From contig JBJLIB010000015.1 of the NCBI GenBank assembly GCA_045564015.1, positions 1,913 through 65,912 of the forward strand: a DNA stretch of 64,000 nucleotides, in the 5' to 3' direction. Positions 18,629 to 29,975 of the stretch are shown here, piece after piece. This DNA comes from Gammaproteobacteria bacterium. Lineage in GTDB: Bacteria; Pseudomonadota; Gammaproteobacteria; Magnimaribacterales; D2472. Under the pieces are notes generated by a model, which searched no databases, was not told the DNA's origin, and saw only the letters and a list, made by a program, of their open reading frames with translations. How positions within the stretch are numbered: position 1 is the stretch's first letter; the number at the start of each line of letters is the position of its first letter. The translations under genes were made by a program, and so were the position numbers.

Positions 18629-18691
18629 GTTTTGATCTTATGTATAAAGTGCATTAGATGATAATTATTCGTACAATTAAATATACAAAAA

Positions 18692-19594
18692 ATGGATGAT
18701 TCTATGAGGTTAGTGCTAGGTCTTTTTGGGTTGGAAAACTTCTACGGTGGGGACATTTCATCTTATATTGAAATCTCTCAAATGGGTGAAGAGTTAGGTT
18801 TTGATTCTGTAAGTGTTACAGATCATGTGGTGATGGGAAAAAATCTTCATAAATATCCTTTTGGAAAATTTCCTCTTCCATCTGAGGCCCCATGGTATGA
18901 GCCATTATCTTTACTAACGATGATTGCTTCTCACACAACTAAAATTAAGTTGGCAACAGCAATTCTAATTGCGCCATTAAGAAATCCAGCATTGCTTGCC
19001 AAGACAGTCGCTACTTTAGATACTATATCTAAAGGTAGATTGGAGCTTGGAGTAGGCATAGGTTGGCAAAAAGAAGAATTTGATACTGCCGGAGTGAGTT
19101 TTGAAGATCGCTCTGAGATATTTTGGGAAACTTTAGATATTTGTAAATTGCTTTGGCAAGATAGCCCAATCTCTTTTCATGGGAAACACTTTAATTTTGA
19201 TGATATTTGGTGCCATCCTCAACCAACTCAAGGTCAAAATTTACCTTTGTTATTTGGTTTAAAGATGACTCGTGAAAATGCTCAAAGAATTTCTAAAGTA
19301 GGACATGGCTGGATTCCCATCAAAACAAGCAGGGACTTTATTTCTGCAGGAAAAGACATTTTAATGGAAGCATTTATCAAAGAGGGCAGGCAGGATCAAC
19401 CCAGAATTCGTGGGCAGCTTCCCACATGTGTTGATAATAATGGAGTCCCTAATATTGATTTAACATTAAAAGAACTTGAAAAATCTATGGCTGCTGGTTT
19501 AGATGAAGTAGAAGTTTTCCCAATTAACTTTGTTCAGTCACCTGATGATATTTATAAGGTGCTTAAAATTATTTCAGAGGTAAAACAAATATGA
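18692..19594 (+). CDS. luciferase-like (LLM class) flavin/F420-dependent oxidoreductase
   Basis: 300 aa. Typical LLM segments are FDSVSVTDHV, LATAILIAPLRNPALLAK, ATLDTISKGRLELGVGIGW and FHGKHFNF. The real start may be the ATG at 18704 (MRLVLG...). Confidence 0.7.
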   Translation: MDDSMRLVLGLFGLENFYGGDISSYIEISQMGEELGFDSVSVTDHVVMGKNLHKYPFGKFPLPSEAPWYEPLSLLTMIASHTTKIKLATAILIAPLRNPALLAKTVATLDTISKGRLELGVGIGWQKEEFDTAGVSFEDRSEIFWETLDICKLLWQDSPISFHGKHFNFDDIWCHPQPTQGQNLPLLFGLKMTRENAQRISKVGHGWIPIKTSRDFISAGKDILMEAFIKEGRQDQPRIRGQLPTCVDNNGVPNIDLTLKELEKSMAAGLDEVEVFPINFVQSPDDIYKVLKIISEVKQI

Positions 19595-20028
19595 CAAAAA
19601 ATACTATTTCTTCAAAGCTCTCCAATTTACTCGTTCCTTCAAAGTTATCTAATTTATATGCCTCTATCATTGATCAAAGAAAATTTTCTAGTTTGAGCAC
19701 TATCATGTGGGATGAATTTTCCATGAGTGGACATTTTGAAATTACTGGCTTGGAGAATTTCATAGCTGCTATGCAGCAACTTGAAAATTATCAAAGCACT
19801 ATGCACCAGATCATGAATGTTCAAGGAGAATGGAGAGAAAATTTATATACAGGAGAAACATATTGTGTAGCTAGTCATATGTTTGATCAGGACGAAAAGC
19901 CTCATAAATTAGACATGGGCATTGTCTACTCTGATGTTATTGAAGTAAGGGAGGGGACTGCTAAATTTATTTCTCGAAATTTTTTACTTAAATGGAAAAA
20001 AACTGATGTCCTAGATATTCCAGAGTGA
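19591..20028 (+). CDS. NTF2/SnoaL-like fold protein, hypothetical
   Basis: 145 aa. Size and secondary-structure pattern resemble SnoaL_4/NTF2-like proteins. Its start overlaps the LLM gene stop by 4 nt (ATGA). Confidence 0.4.
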   Translation: MTKNTISSKLSNLLVPSKLSNLYASIIDQRKFSSLSTIMWDEFSMSGHFEITGLENFIAAMQQLENYQSTMHQIMNVQGEWRENLYTGETYCVASHMFDQDEKPHKLDMGIVYSDVIEVREGTAKFISRNFLLKWKKTDVLDIPE

Positions 20029-20030
20029 GA

Positions 20031-20933
20031 TTAAATATTGTTAAATTCTTTTAAAGATCTGTTAAAAAAATTTATCAGCATCCCAATGCTTTCCATTCCA
20101 GCAAAATTTGGCCTCGTAATTAAGACAATCTCACGATGAGGCCCGGGCTCGTTTAAATGCGATATAGATAATTTGTCTTTATTTCCAATTAATTCTTTTA
20201 AGGCCATTTTTGGAACAAGGGTTGTCCCCATCTCCCCTTTTACTAATTGAATGAGTGTATTGAGACTAGATGCTTTTAAAGTGTATTGGGTAGAAGAAGA
20301 AATATTACATGCATCTAAAATATGATCTTTTAAGCAGTGCCCATCTTCTAGCAGCATCAATTCCGATTGCTCAAGTTCAGATGCTTTAATTTCAGCTTTC
20401 CCAGCATTTTTATTTAAGCGATGTGAAACCCAAAAAAAATCCTCTTCCCAAAATTTAAAGCTTATAAGATGCTCAAGATCATATGGCAGAGCTAAAATAG
20501 CCATATCTAAATCACCTTCTTTTACTTTATTTATCAGCATCTGAGACTGACCCTCCTCAATCTTTAATTTGAGATTTTGGAACTCTTTTTTAATTTTTGG
20601 CAAAATTATTGGAAGAAAATATGGGCTAATTGTTGGAATGATCCCAATCGATAAAGAATGTATCAATCCGCTTGAATTATGCTGCGCAAGTTCATGAATA
20701 GATTTCACTTCTAACTTTATATTTCTAGCCTTGACTAAAATTTTTTTTCCAAGTTCTGTCACAATGACTTTCTTATTACTTCTTTCAAATATTTTTACTT
20801 CAAGTTGTGCTTCTAAATCACTGATGGCATTACTCAAAGTGGAAGGAGAAATAAAACATTCATCAGCAGCCTTTTTGAAGTGGAGATTTTTTGCAACCGC
20901 TAAAGCGTAATCAATTTGTTTTAAAGAAATCAT
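20031..20933 (-). CDS. oxyR: LysR-family hydrogen-peroxide sensor OxyR
   Basis: The N-terminal LysR HTH is LKQIDYALAVAKNLHFKKAADECFISPSTLSNAISDLE. The redox cysteine pair sits in the E. coli context: EDGHCLKDHILDAC compared with GHCLRDQAMGFC. The gene is divergent from katG. Confidence 0.8.
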   Translation of the reverse strand: MISLKQIDYALAVAKNLHFKKAADECFISPSTLSNAISDLEAQLEVKIFERSNKKVIVTELGKKILVKARNIKLEVKSIHELAQHNSSGLIHSLSIGIIPTISPYFLPIILPKIKKEFQNLKLKIEEGQSQMLINKVKEGDLDMAILALPYDLEHLISFKFWEEDFFWVSHRLNKNAGKAEIKASELEQSELMLLEDGHCLKDHILDACNISSSTQYTLKASSLNTLIQLVKGEMGTTLVPKMALKELIGNKDKLSISHLNEPGPHREIVLITRPNFAGMESIGMLINFFNRSLKEFNNI

Positions 20934-23211
<2,278 letters not shown>

Positions 23212-23229
23212 ACAAGAGTAAACTAAATT

Positions 23230-23622
23230 ATGAAAAAACCGAATATTTTTAGACGGTTCATAATATTCATTGTTGACTCTTGGAGAGGGGTCATGGATGT
23301 GAGGTTTAATCCCCTGAAACATATAGATCCAAGCCTACAAACATACTTCATGCTAGTCCTGTTTACTATTTGGAGTATATCTTTTGGATTGATAGCAATA
23401 TTTTGGCTTGGATTTATTGGCTATAGCATTCCCATAAGTATATTGGTCCATGTAGCAATAATCATTCCTATAGCATTTACAAATGCAGTATTTGTTGATG
23501 CTGAAAGAGATGGTGAAAACTGGTTAAAAGAATGGCGTGAAGAGCAATCGAGATACAAGCTAGTTATCAATAGGCTAAAAACCAAGAACCTAGTGATATG
23601 GGATCCAAACAAAGAGGCATAA
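23230..23622 (+). CDS. hypothetical membrane protein, probably co-transcribed with katG
   Basis: 130 aa with 2-3 TM helices. It starts 18 nt after the katG stop on the same strand. I recognise no family. Confidence 0.4.
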   Translation: MKKPNIFRRFIIFIVDSWRGVMDVRFNPLKHIDPSLQTYFMLVLFTIWSISFGLIAIFWLGFIGYSIPISILVHVAIIIPIAFTNAVFVDAERDGENWLKEWREEQSRYKLVINRLKTKNLVIWDPNKEA

Positions 23623-23650
23623 TAGAAATTATTTCTAATTAAAGAAAATT

Positions 23651-23845
23651 TCAATAATGCGGTGGTTTCTCATAGTCTATTTCTGGAAAGCTGTACTTTT
23701 TGTCTTTTTTTCTCGTAGTTTTCTTTGTGTGTTTTGACATTACATCAGCCGCATCATCAACAGCACTTGGCATATCTTTTTTTCCCGACCTGAACCGATT
23801 AATATGCTCAGCTTTGACTTTTTTCATATGCTTTATTTTACACAA
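23651..23845 (-). CDS. small lysine-rich hypothetical protein
   Basis: 64 aa ORF that is strongly basic (KKTTRKKDKK). An alternative start lies at 23827 (MKKVKAEH). It may not be a real gene. Confidence 0.25.
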   Translation of the reverse strand: MCKIKHMKKVKAEHINRFRSGKKDMPSAVDDAADVMSKHTKKTTRKKDKKYSFPEIDYEKPPHY

Positions 23846-23892
23846 TCATTACAGGATTTTGCTGAATTAAGAATGTTTAGTATCATTCGATT

Positions 23893-24375
23893 ATGAAAAC
23901 AGCTATTTATCCAGGTTCTTTTGATCCAATTACTTTTGGTCATATTGATATTGTAGAAAGAGCAGCAGCTTTATTTGATAAGGTTATTATTGGAGTTGCT
24001 GAAAGTCAGTCTAAAAATCCCTTGTTCAGTGTTGACGAAAGAATTGCACTCATTTCGGAAATATTTAAAGATAATCCCAAGATTGAGGTTTTAGGTTATT
24101 CTCGTAAATTAACGGTAGATTTAGCTCGAGATAATCATGCTATTGCAATTATTAGAGGTCTTAGAGCTGTAGCTGATTTCGAATATGAATTCCAATTAGC
24201 AACCATGAATCGAAGTCTTGCCCCCGATATTGAGAGTATTTTTTTCACACCAAAAGATACTTTGATATATGTTTCATCGAGTCTTGTGAAAGAAATAGCA
24301 ACGCTGGGTGGAGATGTATCAAGATTTGTGTCTCCAAATGTTAAAGCTGCGTTACTTAAAAAGATTTCTGACTAA
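23893..24375 (+). CDS. coaD: pantetheine-phosphate adenylyltransferase
   Basis: The N-terminus is the canonical MKTAIYPGSFDPITFGHIDIVERA. Size is 160 aa. Confidence 0.9.
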   Translation: MKTAIYPGSFDPITFGHIDIVERAAALFDKVIIGVAESQSKNPLFSVDERIALISEIFKDNPKIEVLGYSRKLTVDLARDNHAIAIIRGLRAVADFEYEFQLATMNRSLAPDIESIFFTPKDTLIYVSSSLVKEIATLGGDVSRFVSPNVKAALLKKISD

Positions 24376-25184
24376 GTTTGGCATTTGCAACAGTAAAATG
24401 TTGCTCTCTGAGATTGGACAATTCTCTTAATGAACTCTTTTTTGCATGATAAGCAAGTTTCATTTGCTCGGTCATATACAGCTAAATCAATTTTAAAATA
24501 CCCTTTATTACCATCAGGCTTATAGAAGTCATTCAAAGTGGTTCCGCCAGCTTCAATGGCTCGCTCTAAAATTTTTTTAGTGAATAGAGAGATTTTGCTC
24601 GCCTCTTTTTTTGTTATTGTTTTGCTTTTTCTTGTAGGGCAAATTTTTGCTGCAAATAATATCTCATTTGCGTAAATATTTCCTATACCCACTACATTAG
24701 CCTGATTCATAAGTGCAGTTTTGATTGGCGAAGAAGATTTTTTTATTTTATGAAAAAAATATTCTCCATTGAATTCTTCAGAAAGAGGTTCGGGCCCTAA
24801 ACTATTCAATAAAAAATGTTCATTTGATTTTTGAATAAAATGCATAGATCCAAATCTTCTAGGATCATTGAAAATTAATTTCCCCTTTTGGAATATAAAC
24901 TCAATGTGATCATGTTTTTTGTAGAAGTTGGAATTTTTTTTGGCAATTCTCAGCGTTCCAGTCATTCCCAGATGAATGAGTATTTGAGATTTTTCTATAG
25001 CTATTAATATATATTTTGCTCTTCTGCTGATTCCTTTAACCTTCATTCCATTTAAGGCATAAAAAGCTGAGCTGTCTACTTTCCATCGAAGATTAGGATT
25101 ATATATTTTTATAGATTCTAAATTTTGACTAGTAAACTCTTGAATGGCTTGGACTGAGGTTTCTACTTCTGGTAATTCAGGCAT
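24372..25184 (-). CDS. mutM: formamidopyrimidine-DNA glycosylase
   Basis: The N-terminal MPELPEVE carries the catalytic Pro2/Glu3. The H2TH region is present. The C-terminal zinc finger is CLSC...CCKC. Confidence 0.9.
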   Translation of the reverse strand: MPELPEVETSVQAIQEFTSQNLESIKIYNPNLRWKVDSSAFYALNGMKVKGISRRAKYILIAIEKSQILIHLGMTGTLRIAKKNSNFYKKHDHIEFIFQKGKLIFNDPRRFGSMHFIQKSNEHFLLNSLGPEPLSEEFNGEYFFHKIKKSSSPIKTALMNQANVVGIGNIYANEILFAAKICPTRKSKTITKKEASKISLFTKKILERAIEAGGTTLNDFYKPDGNKGYFKIDLAVYDRANETCLSCKKEFIKRIVQSQRATFYCCKCQT

Positions 25185-25253
25185 TTTTGATGATCACAAA
25201 GTACGAAGTTCATGCGTTTTAATTAGGTTGGAATTATTCTGATGGAATTTCTA

Positions 25254-26057
25254 TCATTCATCTTTCCAGTCCGGCGATCTTTTATTGATAAAGGCATCAA
25301 TACCTTCTTTTGCATCATTTTTAAGAAGGTTTTCAGCCATAACCTTTGATGTATATTCGTATGCCTTAGATAGATCCATCTCAGCTTGGGCGTAGAAAGC
25401 TTTTTTCCCAGTTTTGATGGTCATAAAGGACTTACTAGCTATTTTAGTTGTTAATTCTTTTATTGCAGTATCAAGTTCATTTTTGCCAATCACATCATTA
25501 ATTAATCCTATTTCTTTTGCTTTTTTGGCTGAAATTAGATCGCCAGTAAGAAGCATTTGCATTGCATCTTTCCTGCCAACACTTCTTGAAAGAGCAACCA
25601 TTGGTGTTGAGCAAAAAAGCCCAATATTTACTCCTGGAGTCGCGAATTTAGATTCCTGCGTTGCGATTGCAAGGTCGCAACTTGCAACTAATTGACACCC
25701 TGCGGCTGTGGCAATGCCATCAACTTCAGCAATCACTGGTTGCGGCACATCAATAATAAGTTGCATCAATGTAGAGCATAAATTAAAAACTTCTTTGAAA
25801 TATTTCTCTCCCTCATCTTCATTCTCTCTAGCTGTCGTAATTTCCTTTAAGTTATGACCTGCACTAAAAACATTTCCATTTCCAGCCAAAATTATCACTT
25901 TAATAGAGCTATCCTTTGACGCATTTTTGAATTCATTTATTAAGGAGCACATCATTTCTTCTGATAATGAATTTTTCGATACCAAATCGTTCATTGTGAG
26001 ACGAAGGATTCCTTGATCAGACCTTTCCTTGATTAAGAGTTGTACGTTTTTATTCAT
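25254..26057 (-). CDS. enoyl-CoA hydratase/isomerase (crotonase) family protein
   Basis: 267 aa. The crotonase oxyanion regions are FSAGHNLKE and ATAAGCQLVASCDLAIA ... GVNIGLF. Confidence 0.8.
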   Translation of the reverse strand: MNKNVQLLIKERSDQGILRLTMNDLVSKNSLSEEMMCSLINEFKNASKDSSIKVIILAGNGNVFSAGHNLKEITTARENEDEGEKYFKEVFNLCSTLMQLIIDVPQPVIAEVDGIATAAGCQLVASCDLAIATQESKFATPGVNIGLFCSTPMVALSRSVGRKDAMQMLLTGDLISAKKAKEIGLINDVIGKNELDTAIKELTTKIASKSFMTIKTGKKAFYAQAEMDLSKAYEYTSKVMAENLLKNDAKEGIDAFINKRSPDWKDE

Positions 26058-26092
26058 TACAGATTTATTAAAAGCTATTTTATTTTTGAAGT

Positions 26093-26503
26093 CTAATGTG
26101 CATTATCTAATTCTATTTTTGGGCATCTATCCATGACAACTTTCAAGCCAGATTTTTCTGCTAATTCTGCAGCTTCTGTATTAATTATGCCTAATTGAGT
26201 CCAAATAACTTTCGCTTTAATTTCAATTGATTGCTTGGTGATCCCCATGATTGCATCTGTAGCTCTAAAAATATCAACCATATCAATTTTTTCGCTAATT
26301 GAGCTTAGATCTTTATAACAACGCTGCCCTAAAATTAAATTGCCTTCTTCATTAGGATTGACTGGAAAGACCCTATAATTATTTTCTATAAGCGATTGCA
26401 TAACCTTAAAACTATCTCTTTCTTTCTTAGCGCTAGCACCAACAACTGCAATTGTTTTAACTTCATTAAGTATTTCTCTTATGTACGATTTAGAGTAATT
26501 CAT
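26093..26503 (-). CDS. CoA-binding domain protein (YccU-like)
   Basis: 136 aa. IAVVGASAKKERDSFKV...YRVFPVNP is typical of the CoA_binding_2 family. Confidence 0.7.
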   Translation of the reverse strand: MNYSKSYIREILNEVKTIAVVGASAKKERDSFKVMQSLIENNYRVFPVNPNEEGNLILGQRCYKDLSSISEKIDMVDIFRATDAIMGITKQSIEIKAKVIWTQLGIINTEAAELAEKSGLKVVMDRCPKIELDNAH

Positions 26504-26549
26504 GACCGCCTAGTTAATATGAGAGTTAATCTCAGACTAAGAAAGAGCA

Positions 26550-27881
26550 TTAGCCGAGTAAATTATTTATTTCAATAAGATTTTCAGGACTTAGTGTACC
26601 TGCGGCCAAATGAAGACGAAGCGTCGTAATCAAATAGTCATATTTTGCATTAGAGAGATTTCTTTCCGCACTATAAAGATTTTTTTCGGCTTGCAATAGA
26701 TCGACAATATTTCTCGTGCCTACTTCATATCCAACCTTTGTTGCTTCGAGTGCACTCGATGCAGAAACAACAGCTTGCTTCTGAGCGCGAAGATTTGCAA
26801 CCAATGTCACTACATTTGAATACTGGCTTCTTACATCTTGAATAACACTTCTCTCAGCAAATAATGCATCTTCTGATGATTTATTAGATTCTGCATAGGC
26901 TTGCTTAGTTCTTGAAATTACAGCACCTCCCTGAAATATCGGCATAGATAGCTGAAGGCTATAGGTATCCCGCTTTGTTTCATCTGGAACGGTAATATTA
27001 AAGGCGCCCCCAGTATTTAATCCATCATAAGCGTATTGATTAGTTTCTGATTCAGTTTGTGCCCCGACAATATCAACCTTTGGTAAATGATTTGAAGCAA
27101 CACTCCTTGCATTATTTTTTGATGCAAGCTTTCTAAGGTTTGCAGCCTGCAATCTAAAATTATTTTCAACAGCTTTCCTTGCCCATTCTTCTTTAGAAGC
27201 AGGAATAGGATTTGATACATTTAAATCGTTTACAAGCCCATCAAGCGAAATAATTTCTCTGCCAACTAATGCATTCAAAGATTCTTTTGCGGTATAGACC
27301 TCTCCTTCAATTCTTGTTCTTGAAGCAATACTTAGATCAAAAGCTAATTGGGCTTCTTGCACTTCGGTAACAGCAGAAAGACCAACTTCATATCTTTGAC
27401 GAATTTGATCGAGTTGTTTCTTAATTGCTTTTTCCTCTGATCGAGCTGCACTTAAGTTATCAATAGCTCGTAAAACATTAAAATAAAGCTCAGCAGTTCT
27501 TACGATTAAACCTTGTTGAGAATATGCAAAATCAGCCTCTGCTGCATCTGTTAGAAATTTAGATTGTCTATATTTAAACCAAGTATCTAATCGAAGTAAG
27601 GGCTGAGTAAGACGCGCTGAAGTGCTGAAATTATTGTACTGATTTTGGAGATTTCCATTTTGATAATATTCATTCCAATTTGTTTGAGCGCTAATTGTTA
27701 CGCTTGGAAGAAGGGCTGCTCGTCCTTGAACTTTAATTTCTTTGCCTGATAAATATGAAAATTCTGCTGATCTATATTGCGGGTCATTTTCCAATGCATC
27801 ATTGTAAATATCTAGCAAGCTATCTCCTGCAGAATTAATACTAAGGGCAAGCAGCGATATAACTAGAATGTTTTTATTCAT
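26550..27881 (-). CDS. tolC: TolC-family outer-membrane efflux channel
   Basis: 443 aa with a signal peptide. The N-terminal SLLDIYNDALENDPQYRSAEF parallels the E. coli TolC N-terminus. It shows the two-fold internal repeat of OEP helices. Confidence 0.8.
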   Translation of the reverse strand: MNKNILVISLLALSINSAGDSLLDIYNDALENDPQYRSAEFSYLSGKEIKVQGRAALLPSVTISAQTNWNEYYQNGNLQNQYNNFSTSARLTQPLLRLDTWFKYRQSKFLTDAAEADFAYSQQGLIVRTAELYFNVLRAIDNLSAARSEEKAIKKQLDQIRQRYEVGLSAVTEVQEAQLAFDLSIASRTRIEGEVYTAKESLNALVGREIISLDGLVNDLNVSNPIPASKEEWARKAVENNFRLQAANLRKLASKNNARSVASNHLPKVDIVGAQTESETNQYAYDGLNTGGAFNITVPDETKRDTYSLQLSMPIFQGGAVISRTKQAYAESNKSSEDALFAERSVIQDVRSQYSNVVTLVANLRAQKQAVVSASSALEATKVGYEVGTRNIVDLLQAEKNLYSAERNLSNAKYDYLITTLRLHLAAGTLSPENLIEINNLLG

Positions 27882-27894
27882 ATTTAGATTTTTA

Positions 27895-27913
27895 ATGTTT
27901 ACAGTGCATACAT
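27895..27913. promoter_or_regulatory. operator-like site ATGTTTACAGTGCATACAT immediately upstream of tolC
   Basis: 17 of 19 positions match the perfect palindrome at 6832-6850. It lies 14-32 nt upstream of the tolC ATG at 27881. Confidence 0.5.
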
Positions 27914-28083
27914 TAGAACTCTTTTAGGGTCAGTATGTCAAGTTCACTTTACACTTAAATATTATCCTCTTATTTTAGTCTATTGTGAAAAAATCTCCTA
28001 AAATCTCTCAAATTAATAGCTTTCTTTCAATTTAGTTAGAGTAGAATACTAATTAAAAGTTTATTAGCATCAGGAAATATTAA

Positions 28084-29973
28084 TTGGCTAAAAATTATGA
28101 TTCAGAGTCGATAGAAGTTCTATCAGGCTTAGATCCGGTCCGCAAAAGACCTGGCATGTATACAGATACCTCTTGCCCAAACCATCTTATTCAAGAAGTT
28201 CTAGATAACTCAATTGATGAGGCTTTAGCTGGTCACTGCTCTAAGATCAAAGTAACTCTTCATAAAGGCGGAACTGTTTCTGTTATTGATGATGGTCGCG
28301 GTATGCCAGTGGATATTCACCCTGAGCATCAGGTATCTGGTGTTGAACTTATCATGTGTAAGCTACATGCTGGAGCAAAATTTTCTGGTGAAGATTATAA
28401 TTTCTCAGGCGGTTTACATGGCGTAGGCGTTTCTGTGGTTAACGCACTATCAAAAAAACTTTCTGTAGAAATCAAGCGTGACAGCCATAGGTTTGAAATG
28501 AACTTTGAAGGGGGCGAAAAAACCTCAGATCTCAAGAAGATAGGAGATATAGGTCCTCGAAATACAGGAACTTCAATTAATTTTGTACCCGATCCTCAGT
28601 ACTTTGAAACAATAAAGATTGATAAAAGTAATTTGAAACATCTGCTCAAAGCTAAAGCAGTCTTATGTCCAGGCTTAACCATTGAATATCATGATGAGGG
28701 AAAGAATGAGAAGGTTTCGTGGAATTATGAAAATGGACTAATTTCATATTTATCTGAATCTTCTGATGACATTGAATTACTGCTGGAGGAATCAATTTCT
28801 TGTAGCAAACTGGGAAATGATAATGCACTTGATTTTGTTTTAAATTGGTCCACTAAACCAGCAAAAAACCTCATGAACGAATCTTATGTGAATCTCATTC
28901 CAACTGCTCAAGGTGGATCGCATATGAATGGCTTTAAAGCAGGTTTATTAGAGTCAGTTAAAGAGTTTTGTGAGTTCAGAAATCTCATTCCAAAAGGTTT
29001 AAAGATAACAGCTGATGATGTTGTTCAGCACAGTACTTTTATTATTTCCTCAAAACTATCTAATCCTCAGTTTGCTGGACAAACTAAAGAGAGATTAGAT
29101 TCAAAAGATCATCAAGCATTTGTTAATACAACTACAAAAGATATTCTGAGTATCTGGTTTAATCAACATACTGAAGAAGGTGAAAAACTTGCAGAATTAG
29201 CCATTGCCTCTGCACAAGCAAGAACGAAAGAAACTAAAGTTGTCGATCGAAAAAAAACTTTTCAAGGGCCTGCACTTCCAGGCAAATTATCTGATTGCAA
29301 TAGTACCGATTTAGCAGAAACAGAATTATTTTTTGTTGAGGGAGATTCTGCTGGAGGCTCTGCAAAGCAATCAAGGGAAAGAAAATTTCAAGCAATCATG
29401 CCCCTGCGAGGTAAGATTTTAAATACTTGGGATCTTGAAAGTGCAGAGATTATAAAATCGGTAGAAATTAAGGATATTGCTACTGCAATTGGAGTGAATC
29501 CTGGAAGTGCAGATATAGATTCATTACGATATGGAAAAATATGTATCTTAGCTGACGCTGATTCTGATGGATTGCATATTGCTACATTACTTTGCGCTCT
29601 TTTTCTTCGACACTACAAACCATTAATCCTTGCAGGGCACATTTATGTAGCGATGCCTCCACTCTTTAGAATAGATTGTGCGAAAGAGGTTTTTTACGCA
29701 CTAGATGAGAATGAAAAGGAATTAATAGTTCAAAAGTTAAAAACAAAGGCTGGAAAACCAAAAATTGATATTCAAAGATTTAAAGGACTAGGTGAGATGA
29801 ATCCTTCCCAGTTACGCGAAACTGTCATGGATCCAAAAACTAGAAGACTAGTGCAACTAACAATCACTGCTTCAGATAATGTTAATAATATGATGGATTT
29901 ACTGCTTTCGAAAAAGAATGCTGGTGCAAGAAAAGAGTGGCTTGAAAAACGAGGCAAAATAGTTAGAGTTTAA
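28084..29973 (+). CDS. parE: DNA topoisomerase IV subunit B
   Basis: 629 aa, which is ParE length rather than the ~800 aa of GyrB. It has the GHKL ATPase N-terminus ([19 protein letters not shown]) and Toprim motifs EGDSAGG and [11 protein letters not shown] start. It lies directly upstream of parC. Confidence 0.9.
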   Translation: MAKNYDSESIEVLSGLDPVRKRPGMYTDTSCPNHLIQEVLDNSIDEALAGHCSKIKVTLHKGGTVSVIDDGRGMPVDIHPEHQVSGVELIMCKLHAGAKFSGEDYNFSGGLHGVGVSVVNALSKKLSVEIKRDSHRFEMNFEGGEKTSDLKKIGDIGPRNTGTSINFVPDPQYFETIKIDKSNLKHLLKAKAVLCPGLTIEYHDEGKNEKVSWNYENGLISYLSESSDDIELLLEESISCSKLGNDNALDFVLNWSTKPAKNLMNESYVNLIPTAQGGSHMNGFKAGLLESVKEFCEFRNLIPKGLKITADDVVQHSTFIISSKLSNPQFAGQTKERLDSKDHQAFVNTTTKDILSIWFNQHTEEGEKLAELAIASAQARTKETKVVDRKKTFQGPALPGKLSDCNSTDLAETELFFVEGDSAGGSAKQSRERKFQAIMPLRGKILNTWDLESAEIIKSVEIKDIATAIGVNPGSADIDSLRYGKICILADADSDGLHIATLLCALFLRHYKPLILAGHIYVAMPPLFRIDCAKEVFYALDENEKELIVQKLKTKAGKPKIDIQRFKGLGEMNPSQLRETVMDPKTRRLVQLTITASDNVNNMMDLLLSKKNAGARKEWLEKRGKIVRV

Positions 29974-29975
29974 TT

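Noticed and set aside
18640-18658. ATGTATAAAGTGCATTAGA upstream of the LLM oxidoreductase gene, which resembles the left half of the 19-bp operator.
   Set aside because: Only the left half and centre match (ATGT.TA.AGTGCA). The right half-site is lost, so it is not palindromic. It is too weak to count as a fifth site without a statistical scan.
23623-23637. The hairpin TAGAAAT-T-ATTTCTA between convergent genes, and a similar GTTAAT...ATTAAC at about 1575-1592, considered as bidirectional terminators.
   Set aside because: The stems are all A/T, only 6-7 bp long, and would be very unstable. They cannot be distinguished from chance in this composition.
27914-28083. The longest non-coding stretch in the window (tolC-parE spacer), considered as a possible sRNA or tRNA locus.
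   Set aside because: There are no GC-rich stems, cloverleaf potential or terminator hairpin. It is most simply two divergent promoter/5' UTR regions.
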